Of a stretch of DNA of 42,513 nt, positions 19,519 to 29,127 are shown in pieces. The notes beneath the pieces are model-generated. The model did not search any database and was not told the origin of the DNA. It saw only the letters and a program-made list of their open reading frames with translations. Location of the stretch: positions 1-42,513 of the forward strand of contig JAITKW010000066.1 in assembly GCA_031278275.1 (NCBI GenBank), given 5' to 3'. Origin of the DNA: Candidatus Nomurabacteria bacterium. Its GTDB lineage: Bacteria > Patescibacteriota > Saccharimonadia > Saccharimonadales > Saccharimonadaceae. How positions within the stretch are numbered: the stretch's first letter is position 1; each line of letters begins with the position of its first letter. The position numbers and the translations under genes are program-made.

Positions 19519-19634
19519 TAGCCTTGCCTCTGCTTATTCTTGGGTTTTCTTTTATTGATGACACGGAGTACGCCTTTTCTGCGAACAAGAATGTCGTCTG
19601 GACTGATTTTTTTGACACTAGCACGAACTTTCAT
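19518..19634 (-). CDS. rpmJ: 50S ribosomal protein L36 (cysteine-free form)
   Basis: My own translation gives [38 protein letters not shown] (38 aa). It is too short for the ORF track. Its TAATG stop/start overlaps rpsM. Confidence 0.9.
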   Translation of the reverse strand: MKVRASVKKISPDDILVRRKGVLRVINKRKPKNKQRQG

Positions 19635-19664
19635 TTTCGTCATCTCCCTTAAAATTATTTAACT

Positions 19665-19883
19665 TTAGTAGCGGAAACTAATGCGCCCCTTTGATAAATC
19701 ATACGGGGTTAGCTCCACTTCCACCTTGTCGCCCGCCACTAATCTGATGAAGTTCTTACGCATTCTACCAGAAATGTGAGCAACTATTACATGGCTGTTT
19801 TCAAGTTTTACTTCAAATTGCGTATTAGGCAACGTCTTGACGACCATGCCCGTCAACTTGATTACTTCCTTTTGACTAGCCAT
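19665..19883 (-). CDS. infA: Translation initiation factor IF-1
   Basis: 72 aa with an S1-like fold signature: [61 protein letters not shown]. Confidence 0.96.
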   Translation of the reverse strand: MASQKEVIKLTGMVVKTLPNTQFEVKLENSHVIVAHISGRMRKNFIRLVAGDKVEVELTPYDLSKGRISFRY

Positions 19884-19952
19884 AAATTACTAGTCAAGTG
19901 TACAGGAAAAATCTACAAAAGTAAATACTTTTTGCAAACTTTTTTGAGATTT

Positions 19953-20666
19953 TTAGCTTTTTAAGACCGCTCGGAGCAGGACGCGCTTGTTGTAGGTCTT
20001 CAAGTTCTCATTCCATTCGCCAATACAAGTGATGATATTCAGCCCTTCTTTACCAGCAACGGCACTTTGGTATAACATCATATCCATGTAATTATTAGCC
20101 TCTTCAAGTGGCACAATGTTATTTTCCACTACTTCATAAATGAAAATTGCGTCATCGCCCCGTTGAACGACTATCTCGTCTTTAGGTACCAAAGTGTTCA
20201 AGTTGTCAAAAATCCCCTCGCGCCTAGTCCCGCCGTTATGCCCGTCCATGAACAGTACGCCACCCGAGCCAGGTTTGGCGCTGTCCCGATACCAGCCCGC
20301 ATCAAAAATGCTGACCGGACTATTGACACGATTATTTTTGATGCCAATTTCAGTGACTCGCGCTTTATTGATGCCGATCTTGGGGATTGATAAATATCTG
20401 GGTTTATCTCTCGCCACTACCCACTCAGCCACTTGTTCTTCCGTGATGGGAGTTTCGTCAATTTCTTCCCCGTCTTCTGTGGTTATAACTTCTTGAACCT
20501 CAACTTCAGAAGTGGTTTGCGCCGTCCTTTCGTCTGCCATTCTTTTTTCGTTGAGTATAATAATTCCCAACATTATCACGAAAACTAACAGCAACAAAAA
20601 ACCGGTGCTACGGAAAATAATGCGTTTAGTGATTTTAACTTTCAGGCTCATTTTTGTAATCATCAT
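19953..20666 (-). CDS. Sortase-family transpeptidase (class E/F-like), membrane anchored
   Basis: It has an N-terminal TM helix, then LSIPKIGINKARV, AGWY..SAKPGSGGVLFMDGH (catalytic His), NIITC (catalytic Cys) and a downstream Arg (YNKRVLLRA). The start is uncertain (ATGs at 20666, 20663 and 20651, all overlapping the secY 3' end). Confidence 0.7.
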   Translation of the reverse strand: MMITKMSLKVKITKRIIFRSTGFLLLLVFVIMLGIIILNEKRMADERTAQTTSEVEVQEVITTEDGEEIDETPITEEQVAEWVVARDKPRYLSIPKIGINKARVTEIGIKNNRVNSPVSIFDAGWYRDSAKPGSGGVLFMDGHNGGTRREGIFDNLNTLVPKDEIVVQRGDDAIFIYEVVENNIVPLEEANNYMDMMLYQSAVAGKEGLNIITCIGEWNENLKTYNKRVLLRAVLKS

Positions 20667-22053
20667 AAGTTATCATTAGCGCTCTGGAGTTTAGCTGACG
20701 TAAGCTTTCAAGGGCTACAGTGACCACAATCAATAAACCGGTACCGCTGATGGACAGTTGGGCATTGGGTTGACCAGTGAAAAAGTAAAGCAACAAATCC
20801 GCAACGAATGGCAACATGGCAATCAAACCTAAGGCTAGTGAGCCAAATAAGTTGAGATGATTGACAATTCTGCTGAGATAAGTGGCGGTGTTTTTGCCTG
20901 GTCTTACCCCCTCAATAAAACCACCTTGTTTCTGCAAGTTTTCGGATATTTCTTTGGAATTGAAGACAATACTGGTATAAAAATAAGTGAAGCCGACCAC
21001 TAACAGGAAATAAGCTACGGGGTAAATGAACGACTCCCAAGTTTCGCCCGTAAAAGAACCCGGATTTGGTGCTGAAAACCAAAGGACTAACTTATTGGCA
21101 ACGGCAGACGAGGCATCGGCCGAGCGGAGAACTTGCCCGATAAATGACGGCAATGACAAAAACGCCACCGCAAAAATCACTGGAATAACGCCGGCTGCAA
21201 TTAGCTTAATAGGCAAAATGCTTTTGATGCCGCCATAGGAGCTGTTGCCGTGTACGCGCTTGGCGTAGTTGATGGTGATGATACGTTGAGCTTCGTTAAT
21301 TTTCACTAGCACGTATAATATAAATAAGACTAACGCCAAAAATCCAGCGATGATGGCGAGGGTGTAACCGTTGATTGGCAGGTCAAACCAGCCGAAAACG
21401 CTAATACTGCCGCCACTACCAACGATACTGTTCCAAATAGTAGTAGCAGAAGCGGGCAATTGACTGATAATACTGGCGAAAATAAGAGTGCTAATACCAT
21501 TACCAAGGCCTTGTTCGGTGACCAACTCGCCGAGCCACATTAAAAGTACAGAGCCGGCGGTCATGGCAGTAACGGCGACAATCCACTCCGACATGCTGGT
21601 GGCACCAATATCCGCCGTGTTCGCAGCAAGAACGTTTTGGCGCAAAATGAAGATATAAGCGATGGATTGCAGCACGGCCAGCGGGATAGTCAACATTCTC
21701 GTCCATTGATTTAGCTTGCGCCGTCCGGTTTCGCCATCATTATGCAATTCCTCCAATTTCGGCACGGCTTTAGTGAGCAACTGGATAACGATAGAGGCGG
21801 TGATGAACGGGCCTAAGCCTACTAAGATAATGGAAAAATTGGTTAAAGCGCCACCAGATATTAAGTTCATGAAACCACCCAAATCTGATGACGAAATTGC
21901 ACTCTCAATTGCGGCTTTCATTTTGACTGGGTCAGCAAGCGGAATTGGGACATGCGCCAAAAAACGATAAATCAAAATAATACCAAGTATAATTAGTATG
22001 CGCTTCAACATGTCGCGGTTTTTGAAAGATTTGAATATGGTTTTGAAATTCAT
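20635..22053 (-). CDS. secY: Preprotein translocase subunit SecY
   Basis: 472 aa with 10 TM helices. Motifs: RILIILGIILIYRFLAHVPIP, GGALTNFSIILVGLGPFITASIVIQLL and GGFIEGVRPGKNTATYL. Confidence 0.96.
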   Translation of the reverse strand: MNFKTIFKSFKNRDMLKRILIILGIILIYRFLAHVPIPLADPVKMKAAIESAISSSDLGGFMNLISGGALTNFSIILVGLGPFITASIVIQLLTKAVPKLEELHNDGETGRRKLNQWTRMLTIPLAVLQSIAYIFILRQNVLAANTADIGATSMSEWIVAVTAMTAGSVLLMWLGELVTEQGLGNGISTLIFASIISQLPASATTIWNSIVGSGGSISVFGWFDLPINGYTLAIIAGFLALVLFILYVLVKINEAQRIITINYAKRVHGNSSYGGIKSILPIKLIAAGVIPVIFAVAFLSLPSFIGQVLRSADASSAVANKLVLWFSAPNPGSFTGETWESFIYPVAYFLLVVGFTYFYTSIVFNSKEISENLQKQGGFIEGVRPGKNTATYLSRIVNHLNLFGSLALGLIAMLPFVADLLLYFFTGQPNAQLSISGTGLLIVVTVALESLRQLNSRALMITYDDYKNEPES

Positions 22054-22063
22054 AACTTAGTCC

Positions 22064-22093
22064 ATTCTAGCATGAATGTAATTAAAAAGGCAA
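22064..22093 (-). promoter_or_regulatory. Proximal secY promoter (TTGCCT-18-TGcTAGAAT), -10 only 10 nt from the ATG
   Basis: The minus strand reads TTGCCTTTTTAATTACATTCATGCTAGAAT-GGACTAAGTT-ATG with no SD. Confidence 0.4.
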
Positions 22094-22109
22094 TAAATCT
22101 ATCTTTTAT

Positions 22110-22140
22110 ATTATATCAATGCTTTTTTATTAAAAGTCAA
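22110..22140 (-). promoter_or_regulatory. Distal promoter upstream of secY (TTGACT-19-TGaTATAAT)
   Basis: It has a consensus extended -10. The 19-nt spacer is long, which lowers confidence. Confidence 0.35.
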
Positions 22141-22148
22141 TTATTAAC

Positions 22149-22160
22149 GGTCTTGTAAGG
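22149..22160 (+). repeat. Core fragment of the motif family (ggtcttgtaagg)
   Basis: The minus strand reads CCTTACAAGACC, 8 nt upstream of the TTGACT -35. This is the same arrangement as at rpsL. Confidence 0.35.
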
Positions 22161-22162
22161 TG

Positions 22163-22624
22163 CTACGCTTTGGTAGTCTTGCGCAAAGGAGCTGGTGTTT
22201 TTTCAAATGTGCCGCCGGCTTTTTTGATGGCGGCGATGGCGGATTTGGACGCAAGTTGCGTTTTCAAAGCGATTTTTGCTTTGATTTCGCCACGCAAAAG
22301 CACTTTTACTTTGGTGTATGGCGTGGAAATTAAGCTATTTTTGAACAAGGTGAAATTGTCCACTTCGCCCGTCAAATCGTTCAATCTGTCGGTGTAAACC
22401 AATTCGGCTTTTTTATGCAAACTCTTAAATCCTTTCAACTTTGGGACGGCTTGCACAAAGGCTTTTTGCCCGCCCATGAAACCGCTCGGAAGTTTGTTGT
22501 GTCCCGTGCGAGATTTTTGACCCTTTGTGCCACGACCGGCAGTTTTGCCTTGTCCGGCGGCGATACCCCGCCCCACACGCTTGGTTTTTTTGTGAGTCGT
22601 AATTTTCAAATCATTAAACTTCAT
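22163..22624 (-). CDS. rplO: 50S ribosomal protein L15
   Basis: 153 aa with KRVGRGIAAGQGKTAGRGTKGQKSRTG. Its start overlaps the rpsE stop (ATGA), so there is no room for rpmD. Confidence 0.96.
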   Translation of the reverse strand: MKFNDLKITTHKKTKRVGRGIAAGQGKTAGRGTKGQKSRTGHNKLPSGFMGGQKAFVQAVPKLKGFKSLHKKAELVYTDRLNDLTGEVDNFTLFKNSLISTPYTKVKVLLRGEIKAKIALKTQLASKSAIAAIKKAGGTFEKTPAPLRKTTKA

Positions 22625-23208
22625 TTTTGCTCCTTTTTCTGGTTGCTAGTGGTGTGCCATTGGCTTTTGGGAACGAGGCTGTCCAAACCTTTAATAACGG
22701 CATAGGCAATATTGACTTTATTGGTTGAGCCGAGCGATTTGGAAATCAGGTTTTTGATGCCAGTGAGTCCGATAATAGAACGCACCACCCCGCCCGCAAT
22801 CACTCCCGTACCAGGTGCGGCTGGTTTCATCAAAACGACAGCTCCGGTCACTTTTTCTTCCACTTCGTGCGGAATGGTTTCATGATCAATATTGATAGTA
22901 ATCATATTTTTTCGGGCGCGGTCTGTGGCCTTAGTCACCGCGCTGGTCACGTCTTGACCTTTCGCCACGCCAACTCCAACTCGGTTTTTCTTGTTGCCAA
23001 TAGCGACCAAAGCTTTGAACCTAAATCTGCGTCCGCCCTTGACCACGCGCGCCACACGATCAATTGAAATCGTAATTTCTTCAAACTCTTTGGGCGCATC
23101 AGGTTTGCGCTCCATGCGCTTGCCATTGCCTCGCCGATTGGCAAAACGACTGCTGCCGTCAGCGTTAACTATGCGAGGGGCGTTTATTTTTTGAGTATTT
23201 TCTGCCAT
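22621..23208 (-). CDS. rpsE: 30S ribosomal protein S5
   Basis: 195 aa with IDRVARVVKGGRRFRFKALVAIGNKKNRVGVGVAKGQDV. Confidence 0.96.
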   Translation of the reverse strand: MAENTQKINAPRIVNADGSSRFANRRGNGKRMERKPDAPKEFEEITISIDRVARVVKGGRRFRFKALVAIGNKKNRVGVGVAKGQDVTSAVTKATDRARKNMITINIDHETIPHEVEEKVTGAVVLMKPAAPGTGVIAGGVVRSIIGLTGIKNLISKSLGSTNKVNIAYAVIKGLDSLVPKSQWHTTSNQKKEQK

Positions 23209-23209
23209 A

Positions 23210-23563
23210 TTAAAACTCCAATCCTTCTTTTCTGGCAGCTTCGCTTAAGCTACTTAGCCGACCAGCATATTTTCTGCTATCACGATCCAAAACAACTTTT
23301 AAAATGCCTTTTTTCTTGGCGGTTTTGGCAATTTCTGCGCCAATCACGGCGGCTTTTTCGGTTTTTGTACCGTTCAATTTCTTGCCAACCGTTGTGGCTG
23401 AAGCTAGCGTAATGCGCTTTTTATCATCAATAATTTGAGCATTAACGTGCAAATTGCTAATCTTGACGCTCAAGCGTGGCTGCGCGGAAGTTCCAAAAAC
23501 CTTAGCGCGGACTCGCTTTTTTCTCAAAATCTTATTTCGTTCTTTTCTTATTAACTCACTCAT
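23210..23563 (-). CDS. rplR: 50S ribosomal protein L18
   Basis: 117 aa with RKKRVRAKVFGTSAQPRLSVKISNLHVNAQIIDD. Confidence 0.96.
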   Translation of the reverse strand: MSELIRKERNKILRKKRVRAKVFGTSAQPRLSVKISNLHVNAQIIDDKKRITLASATTVGKKLNGTKTEKAAVIGAEIAKTAKKKGILKVVLDRDSRKYAGRLSSLSEAARKEGLEF

Positions 23564-24096
23564 TTTTTACCTGCCTTTCCGCTCTTGCGCAAAATCTGTT
23601 CACCTACGTATCTGATACCTTTGCCTTTGTATGGTTCTGGTTTTTTCAAGCTGCGGATTTCGGCGGCAACTTGACCGACTAATTGTTTATCAATCCCAGA
23701 CACAGTTATTTCCATTTTATTGATAGCGAGTTGGACACCAACGGGAGCTTGGTATTTGACGGGGTGCGAAAACCCTAACGCCATTTCAATGGATTGTCCG
23801 CCACCACTCAAACGATACCCCACGCCGCTCAACTCCAGCTTTTTTTCAAAACCTTTCGTAATGCCAGCCACCGCATTGCTAAGCAACGCTCTTTGTAAAC
23901 CATGCTTGGCTTTAGACGAAGCTTCATCGTCATTTCTGGTGACAATGATTTTGTTATCTTCAACTTTGACGTTGATGTTTGGCTGTCTGACGACCGTGAG
24001 TGTTCCCTTGCTCCCAGCCACACTCACTGAGCCATCGCCGACCGTAATTGTCACGCCATTTGGAATTGTAATTGGTAGTTTTCCGATTCGACTCAT
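23560..24096 (-). CDS. rplF: 50S ribosomal protein L6
   Basis: 178 aa starting MSRIGKLPITIPNGVTITV, with YKGKGIRYVGE near the C-terminus. Confidence 0.96.
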   Translation of the reverse strand: MSRIGKLPITIPNGVTITVGDGSVSVAGSKGTLTVVRQPNINVKVEDNKIIVTRNDDEASSKAKHGLQRALLSNAVAGITKGFEKKLELSGVGYRLSGGGQSIEMALGFSHPVKYQAPVGVQLAINKMEITVSGIDKQLVGQVAAEIRSLKKPEPYKGKGIRYVGEQILRKSGKAGKK

Positions 24097-24108
24097 GCTT
24101 TCCTTTCC

Positions 24109-24510
24109 TTAATAAACCTTTACTAATAATTCGCCGCCCAAACGCATTTTCTTGGCTTCATTGCCACTCATAATGCCTTTGGAAGTACTAATCAAAACTA
24201 TACCGCGACCCGATTTCACGCGTGGGATTTTATCCGCTCCGACATACACCCGCCGACCAGGACGGCTAACTTTGCTGATTTCATTGATGGCGGCGTTTTT
24301 GTCCGCCTTGTTGATGACGACATGCAAAATATTGCGTGGCAATGCTTCTTCAATATTGACCGCCTCCAAATAATTGGCTTTTCGCAGTTCATCAGCAACG
24401 GCTTTTTTCAATTTGGAGGTTGGAACGCGGATTTCGTTCTTGCCAACCATAATAGCGTTACGAATTCTTGTGATTAAATCTGCGACTGTATCTGAACTTT
24501 GTAATGACAT
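24109..24510 (-). CDS. rpsH: 30S ribosomal protein S8
   Basis: It starts MSLQSSDTVADLITRIRNA. ATG 24510 has a GGAGAAAGGAAAG SD and lies downstream of the rpsN stop. The track start at 24531 overlaps rpsN. Confidence 0.95.
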   Translation of the reverse strand: MSLQSSDTVADLITRIRNAIMVGKNEIRVPTSKLKKAVADELRKANYLEAVNIEEALPRNILHVVINKADKNAAINEISKVSRPGRRVYVGADKIPRVKSGRGIVLISTSKGIMSGNEAKKMRLGGELLVKVY

Positions 24511-24524
24511 ATCTTTCCTTTCTC

Positions 24525-24794
24525 CTACCAACTACTCTTTATTACGCCCGGTATTTCGCCACGGCTGGCTTTTTCGCGGAAATTGATTCTATCCAAGCCA
24601 AAACGGCGCATATATGCCCGCGGTCTGCCGGTCAATAAATCACGGTTTTTGCGTCTGGTGGGTGAAGAATTGCGGGGCAATTTTTGCAAACTTTCTTGGT
24701 CGCCGGCGGCTTTTAATTCAGCGCGCTTGGCTGCATATTGTTCAAACATTTTCTGTCTTTTTTGATCTTTTAATACAATTGATTTTTTCGCCAT
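24525..24794 (-). CDS. rpsN: 30S ribosomal protein S14 (long, Cys-free type)
   Basis: 89 aa with [20 protein letters not shown] and a C-terminal [11 protein letters not shown]. It has no CxxC motifs. Confidence 0.95.
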   Translation of the reverse strand: MAKKSIVLKDQKRQKMFEQYAAKRAELKAAGDQESLQKLPRNSSPTRRKNRDLLTGRPRAYMRRFGLDRINFREKASRGEIPGVIKSSW

Positions 24795-24796
24795 AA

Positions 24797-25378
24797 CTAT
24801 TCCCCCTCACCTTTCAATTCTTTTTCAAACGGCATGCCAAACGCTTCAAGCAATGCCTTGCTTTTGGTCAAGTTGCCGTTTTTTATCACAAATGTTACTT
24901 CCAACCCATGCAAAACTTGGGCATCTTCAAAGGAAATTTCTTGAAAAATGGTTTGCTCTTTGATACCCAAATTATAATTGCCTTGCCCATCAAAAGCGTT
25001 CAAAGAAACCCCGTGAAAATCACGTGTATGTGGCAAAGCCACGTTAATTAAGCGATCCAAAAATTCATACATTTTGTCGTTACGAAGTGTTGTCGTGTAA
25101 CCAATTGCGCCGCCTTGACCCTTACGAATTTTGAAAGTGGCGATTGACTTTTTCGCCAGCCGTATGGTTGTGGCTTGCCCCGTGATTTTTTCAAGCGTGT
25201 TTTTGACGGTTTCCAAATATTTTTTGTCGTCTTTTTTCTTGCCCACGCCAGAACTAACCACGATTTTTTGCAAACTGGGTACTTCCATAATATTTTTCAG
25301 TTGCAACGTTTTTTTCAAATCAGCTTTCAGTTTGTCGCAAAAAAGTTTTTTCAATCTTGGAGTATGAGTTTTGTTCAT
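24797..25378 (-). CDS. rplE: 50S ribosomal protein L5
   Basis: 193 aa with [14 protein letters not shown] and [24 protein letters not shown]. Confidence 0.96.
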   Translation of the reverse strand: MNKTHTPRLKKLFCDKLKADLKKTLQLKNIMEVPSLQKIVVSSGVGKKKDDKKYLETVKNTLEKITGQATTIRLAKKSIATFKIRKGQGGAIGYTTTLRNDKMYEFLDRLINVALPHTRDFHGVSLNAFDGQGNYNLGIKEQTIFQEISFEDAQVLHGLEVTFVIKNGNLTKSKALLEAFGMPFEKELKGEGE

Positions 25379-25692
25379 TTTGTAATCTCCTTGTTGTTAT
25401 AATTTTTGGCAATCCGGACAGTTTTATGGTCTTTTTTGACGTAACCCACACGGCTGGTTTTATTGGTTTTTTCGTCAACCACCAGCGCCAACTTGGATAA
25501 ATCAATCCCCAAATGTACTTCCTTTTTGCCACCCTTGTTGAAACGGCTGGGCTTGACGTGTCGTTCGCGCACGCCGATACCATCAAGCAAAGCTACGTTC
25601 GCTTTTGGCAAAACTTTGAGTACTTTTTTGACTTCGCCTTTACTGCTACCACTAATAACTTTGACTAAGTCGCCAGTTTTTATTCTACGCAT
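25375..25692 (-). CDS. rplX: 50S ribosomal protein L24
   Basis: It starts MRRIKTGDLVKVISGSSKGEVKKVLKV (KOW). ATG 25692 lies just after the rplN stop. The longer track ORF (to 25878) overlaps rplN. Confidence 0.95.
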   Translation of the reverse strand: MRRIKTGDLVKVISGSSKGEVKKVLKVLPKANVALLDGIGVRERHVKPSRFNKGGKKEVHLGIDLSKLALVVDEKTNKTSRVGYVKKDHKTVRIAKNYNNKEITK

Positions 25693-25693
25693 T

Positions 25694-26062
25694 TTATAGT
25701 ACCTCCGGCGCAAGGCTGATAATTTTAGTATAACCCAGTTCACGTAGTTCACGCGGAATCGGCCCAAACACGCGCGTGGCACGCGGAGTTTTATCCTCAT
25801 TGACCAACACCGCTGCATTATCATCAAAGCAAATCGTGGAACCGTCTTTGCGGCGAATTTGGTTTCTGGTGCGGACAATCACCGCTCTTACTACTGCCTT
25901 TTTCTTGATTGCACCGGTCGGGGAAGCTTCTTTGACGGACGCAACCACCACATCGCCCACGTAAGCATAGTGCCTTCTGGTGCCACCAAGTATACGAATT
26001 ACTCCCAGTTCCTTAGCACCGCTGTTGTCGGCAACTTTTAATTTAGTCATTTCCTGAATCAT
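25694..26062 (-). CDS. rplN: 50S ribosomal protein L14
   Basis: 122 aa starting [27 protein letters not shown]. Confidence 0.97.
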   Translation of the reverse strand: MIQEMTKLKVADNSGAKELGVIRILGGTRRHYAYVGDVVVASVKEASPTGAIKKKAVVRAVIVRTRNQIRRKDGSTICFDDNAAVLVNEDKTPRATRVFGPIPRELRELGYTKIISLAPEVL

Positions 26063-26346
26063 ACAGTTTCTCCTTGTGCGGTATCATCTTTAAGCTCAAT
26101 CGTGCCGACCGTTTTTTCCAAAACTTTTTCCAATTTCCAAGTTTTGGTTTTGGAAATGGGGCGAGATTCTACAATCAAAACCGTGTCCCCAACTCGCGCC
26201 ACATTTTTCTCGTCATGGGCGGTATATTTCCGAGTCACAGAATATTGCTTTCTGTAAAGCGGGTGAGTTTCACGGCTGGTTACAGAAACCGTAATCGTCT
26301 TGTCACGTTTGTCAGACTTCACCACGCCAGTTAATGTCCTTGCCAT
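26059..26346 (-). CDS. rpsQ: 30S ribosomal protein S17
   Basis: 95 aa with [19 protein letters not shown] and [28 protein letters not shown]. Confidence 0.96.
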   Translation of the reverse strand: MARTLTGVVKSDKRDKTITVSVTSRETHPLYRKQYSVTRKYTAHDEKNVARVGDTVLIVESRPISKTKTWKLEKVLEKTVGTIELKDDTAQGETV

Positions 26347-26347
26347 A

Positions 26348-26536
26348 TTATTTTCCTTCCTTTACTTTTTCTCCACTAGCAATCTTCGTACAAATCCGCG
26401 CAATATCCTTTTTGATACTCTTAATTATGTGCGGGTTTGCCAATTCTTCGGAATACAATCGCTTTTTGGCATCAATATATTCTGCTTTTTTGACCAGTAA
26501 TTGCTCTTGCAGGGTCAATGTTTTTTCTTCCGCCAT
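26348..26536 (-). CDS. rpmC: 50S ribosomal protein L29
   Basis: 62 aa and helical. It sits in the conserved position between rplP and rpsQ. Confidence 0.9.
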   Translation of the reverse strand: MAEEKTLTLQEQLLVKKAEYIDAKKRLYSEELANPHIIKSIKKDIARICTKIASGEKVKEGK

Positions 26537-26956
26537 CTAAAACTCCTCTCTTTTCAAAAACTTAGTGCGGACTGGCAGTTTATGCCCCGCCAACCTCAGC
26601 GCCTCACGCGCTTGCTCTTCTGTCACGTCTGCCAACTCAAACATCACGGTTCCCGCCTTAACTTTTGCAACATAAAACGCCGGATCGCCCTTGCCGCTAC
26701 CCATTTTGACATCAAGCGGTTTTTTGGTCACGGGAGTGTGCGGGAAAATCCTAATCCAGATTTTGCCACCGCGCTTGATATAGCGTGTCATGGTTTGGCG
26801 GGCGGCTTCAATTTGGCGACTATTGACACGTTCGTTGTCCAAACTCATCAAGCCGTAATTACCAAAGGCGACCGTATTACACCTAGACGCAATGCCGCCG
26901 TTTTTGCCTTTACGTACTTTGCGGTGCTTTTGCTTTTTTGGAACAAGTATCGCCAT
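26537..26956 (-). CDS. rplP: 50S ribosomal protein L16
   Basis: 139 aa with [37 protein letters not shown] and MGSGKGDP. Confidence 0.97.
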   Translation of the reverse strand: MAILVPKKQKHRKVRKGKNGGIASRCNTVAFGNYGLMSLDNERVNSRQIEAARQTMTRYIKRGGKIWIRIFPHTPVTKKPLDVKMGSGKGDPAFYVAKVKAGTVMFELADVTEEQAREALRLAGHKLPVRTKFLKREEF

Positions 26957-26958
26957 AA

Positions 26959-27588
26959 TTAACCTTTCTCCCCTTTATAAATCCAAACCTTAACCCCGAT
27001 AATGCCAGCGATGGTTTGGGCGCGTGCCACATGAAAATCCACGTCTGCCCTGATGGTGTGCAAAGGCACCGAACCTTCAATGACTTTTTCGCGGCGACTC
27101 ATTTCAGCACCGTTCAAGCGTCCTGCGACTTCAATGCGAATTCCTTTAGCGCCAGCCGACATGGTGCCGCTAGCTGCCATCTTGATGGCACGGCGGAAGT
27201 TCATGCGTTTTTCAAGTTGGTGCGCGATATTTTCGGCTACTAACTTGGCGGACATTTCCGGTTTTTTGACTTCTTCAATATTGATTCTGGCGGGCACTTC
27301 GGAGATTTTTTCAATTTCAGCTTTGAGTTCGTTAACTCCAGCTCCGCCCTTGCCAATCACCGCGCCAGCTTTGCTGGTCAAGATGGTGACGGTTATTAGA
27401 TTGGGCGACCGTTCAATTTGAACTTTAGCAATGGTGGGGCGTGTCTTAAACTTTTCCTCAATCATATTGCGAATGTTGATGTCGTTGATTAACCAGTCGC
27501 GATAATTGATTTTTTTGGCAAACCATCTTGAAGTCCAACCTTTAGTTACTTGCAGCCGAAAACTGCGTGGATCAACTTTTTGTCCCAT
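26959..27588 (-). CDS. rpsC: 30S ribosomal protein S3
   Basis: 209 aa with [12 protein letters not shown], a KH domain and RLNGAEMSRRE. Confidence 0.97.
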   Translation of the reverse strand: MGQKVDPRSFRLQVTKGWTSRWFAKKINYRDWLINDINIRNMIEEKFKTRPTIAKVQIERSPNLITVTILTSKAGAVIGKGGAGVNELKAEIEKISEVPARINIEEVKKPEMSAKLVAENIAHQLEKRMNFRRAIKMAASGTMSAGAKGIRIEVAGRLNGAEMSRREKVIEGSVPLHTIRADVDFHVARAQTIAGIIGVKVWIYKGEKG

Positions 27589-27998
27589 TACTTATTCTCC
27601 TTATCAGCTTTTTGCGCTTTAACTTGCGGGGTGGGTTTTTTGACTTTCTTCATACCGGCGACTTCCACAAGGATATTACTGGAAACTTTCTCAAATGGCA
27701 AAGCACGCCCGCGTGATGCGGGTTTGTAGCGGCGCATTCGGGTTCCGGTGGTTACTGAAATCTTGGAAAGTATAATTGAAGTTGAGTCAATACTGCCTTT
27801 TTCCAACAGATTAGCTTTGGCACTTTCAATTGCTTTTTTGACGGGTTGTGCGGCGTGACGTGGGGTGTTTTCCAAAATGATAATTGCGTCCGCCACTGTC
27901 CGGTTACGCACCAGACTAGCCACGATAGCAGCTTTACGTGGTGCTTCCGCTACGCCTTTGATAACCGCTACAGCTTTAAGATAATCCTCAGTCATCAC
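27588..27998 (-). CDS. rplV: 50S ribosomal protein L22
   Basis: 136 aa with [25 protein letters not shown] and a Lys-rich C-terminal tail. Confidence 0.95.
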   Translation of the reverse strand: MMTEDYLKAVAVIKGVAEAPRKAAIVASLVRNRTVADAIIILENTPRHAAQPVKKAIESAKANLLEKGSIDSTSIILSKISVTTGTRMRRYKPASRGRALPFEKVSSNILVEVAGMKKVKKPTPQVKAQKADKENK

Positions 27999-28288
27999 TT
28001 GGCTCCTTTCGCACTGGCAGCTAACATCGCTTTTTTACCACCATGTTTTCTGAACTTGCGGGTTGGTGAGAACTCACCTAATTTATGACCTACCATGTTT
28101 TCCGAGATATAGACCGGAACGTGGGTTTTGCCGTTATGTACGGCGATGGTGCGCCCAACCATCTCTGGTGAAATGCTGGAAGCCCTAGCCCAAGTTTTGA
28201 TAATCGTGCGATCTTCGGCTGACAACCTTGACACTTTGCGCGCTAATTTGAAATCCACAAATGGCCCTTTTTTCAGCGATCTACTCAT
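27995..28288 (-). CDS. rpsS: 30S ribosomal protein S19
   Basis: 97 aa with [12 protein letters not shown] and [29 protein letters not shown]. Confidence 0.97.
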   Translation of the reverse strand: MSRSLKKGPFVDFKLARKVSRLSAEDRTIIKTWARASSISPEMVGRTIAVHNGKTHVPVYISENMVGHKLGEFSPTRKFRKHGGKKAMLAASAKGAK

Positions 28289-29127
28289 TTTTTACTCCTT
28301 TTTTGGTTATGGCGGCTAGCGATAATCATATTGTTAGTACTTTTTCTGGTACGGGTGCGGTAGCCAAGCGTCAATTGCCCCCAAGGCGTACGCGGAGCGC
28401 GCCCAGTGCCGTGCCGCCCACCATCGCCACCACCGTGCGGGTGATCTGTGGCATTTTGCACCACGCCACGCACAGTCGGGCGAATACCCTTGCGGCGGAT
28501 ACGACCAGCTGAACCATACTTGATGTTTTGGTGTTGCAGATTACCAACTACACCAATGGAAGCGAAAGACTTGACTGGGACTTTGCGGACTTCGCCTGAC
28601 GGCATTTTGATGGAAGCGTAATCGCCCTCTTTCGCCATCAATTGGGCGGACGTTCCAGCGGCTCGCACCAATTGCGCGCCACGATTTGGCGTTAATTCAA
28701 TCGCATAAATCCGTGTGCCAATAGGGATATTTTCAATAGGCAAGCGTGAACTTTCCTCAACTTCTGCGTTTTCGCCAACCACGACTTTGCTACCTTTTTT
28801 CATGGCGGTATCGGCTAAAATGTAATGATACGTCCCGTTTTGGTCCTTAACTCGTGCGATACGAGCAGAGCGGTTCGGGTCGTACTCAATCTCCTCAACG
28901 GTGAGGGTCAAGTTCTTGGGAAGGTGGTGATTGACTAACCGATAATGGCGCTTGACTCCGCTACCACGATGACGAACGGTAATTTTTCCGGAGTTATTGC
29001 GTCCAGCGGTTTGTTTTTTGCGCTTTAGCAGACTTTTCAAGGGTTTTTTGGTGGTAATTTCGGAATAATCGGCGGAAGTCATTTGTCTGCGCGCTGGAGT
29101 GGTGGGATTGTATTGTTTGATACTCAT
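28285..29127 (-). CDS. rplB: 50S ribosomal protein L2
   Basis: 280 aa with [16 protein letters not shown] and [18 protein letters not shown]. Confidence 0.97.
   Translation of the reverse strand: MSIKQYNPTTPARRQMTSADYSEITTKKPLKSLLKRKKQTAGRNNSGKITVRHRGSGVKRHYRLVNHHLPKNLTLTVEEIEYDPNRSARIARVKDQNGTYHYILADTAMKKGSKVVVGENAEVEESSRLPIENIPIGTRIYAIELTPNRGAQLVRAAGTSAQLMAKEGDYASIKMPSGEVRKVPVKSFASIGVVGNLQHQNIKYGSAGRIRRKGIRPTVRGVVQNATDHPHGGGDGGRHGTGRAPRTPWGQLTLGYRTRTRKSTNNMIIASRHNQKRSKK

Noticed and set aside
25693-25878. Longer N-terminal versions of several track ORFs: rplX to 25878, rplA to 14591, rpsH to 24531, rplC to 30842, the 172-aa ORF to 10977, the 343-aa ORF to 12125, the membrane protein to 7651 and the 280-aa ORF to 34583.
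   Set aside because: In each case the extension overlaps the upstream gene, a promoter or a terminator. An internal ATG with a good SD or a canonical family N-terminus is available.
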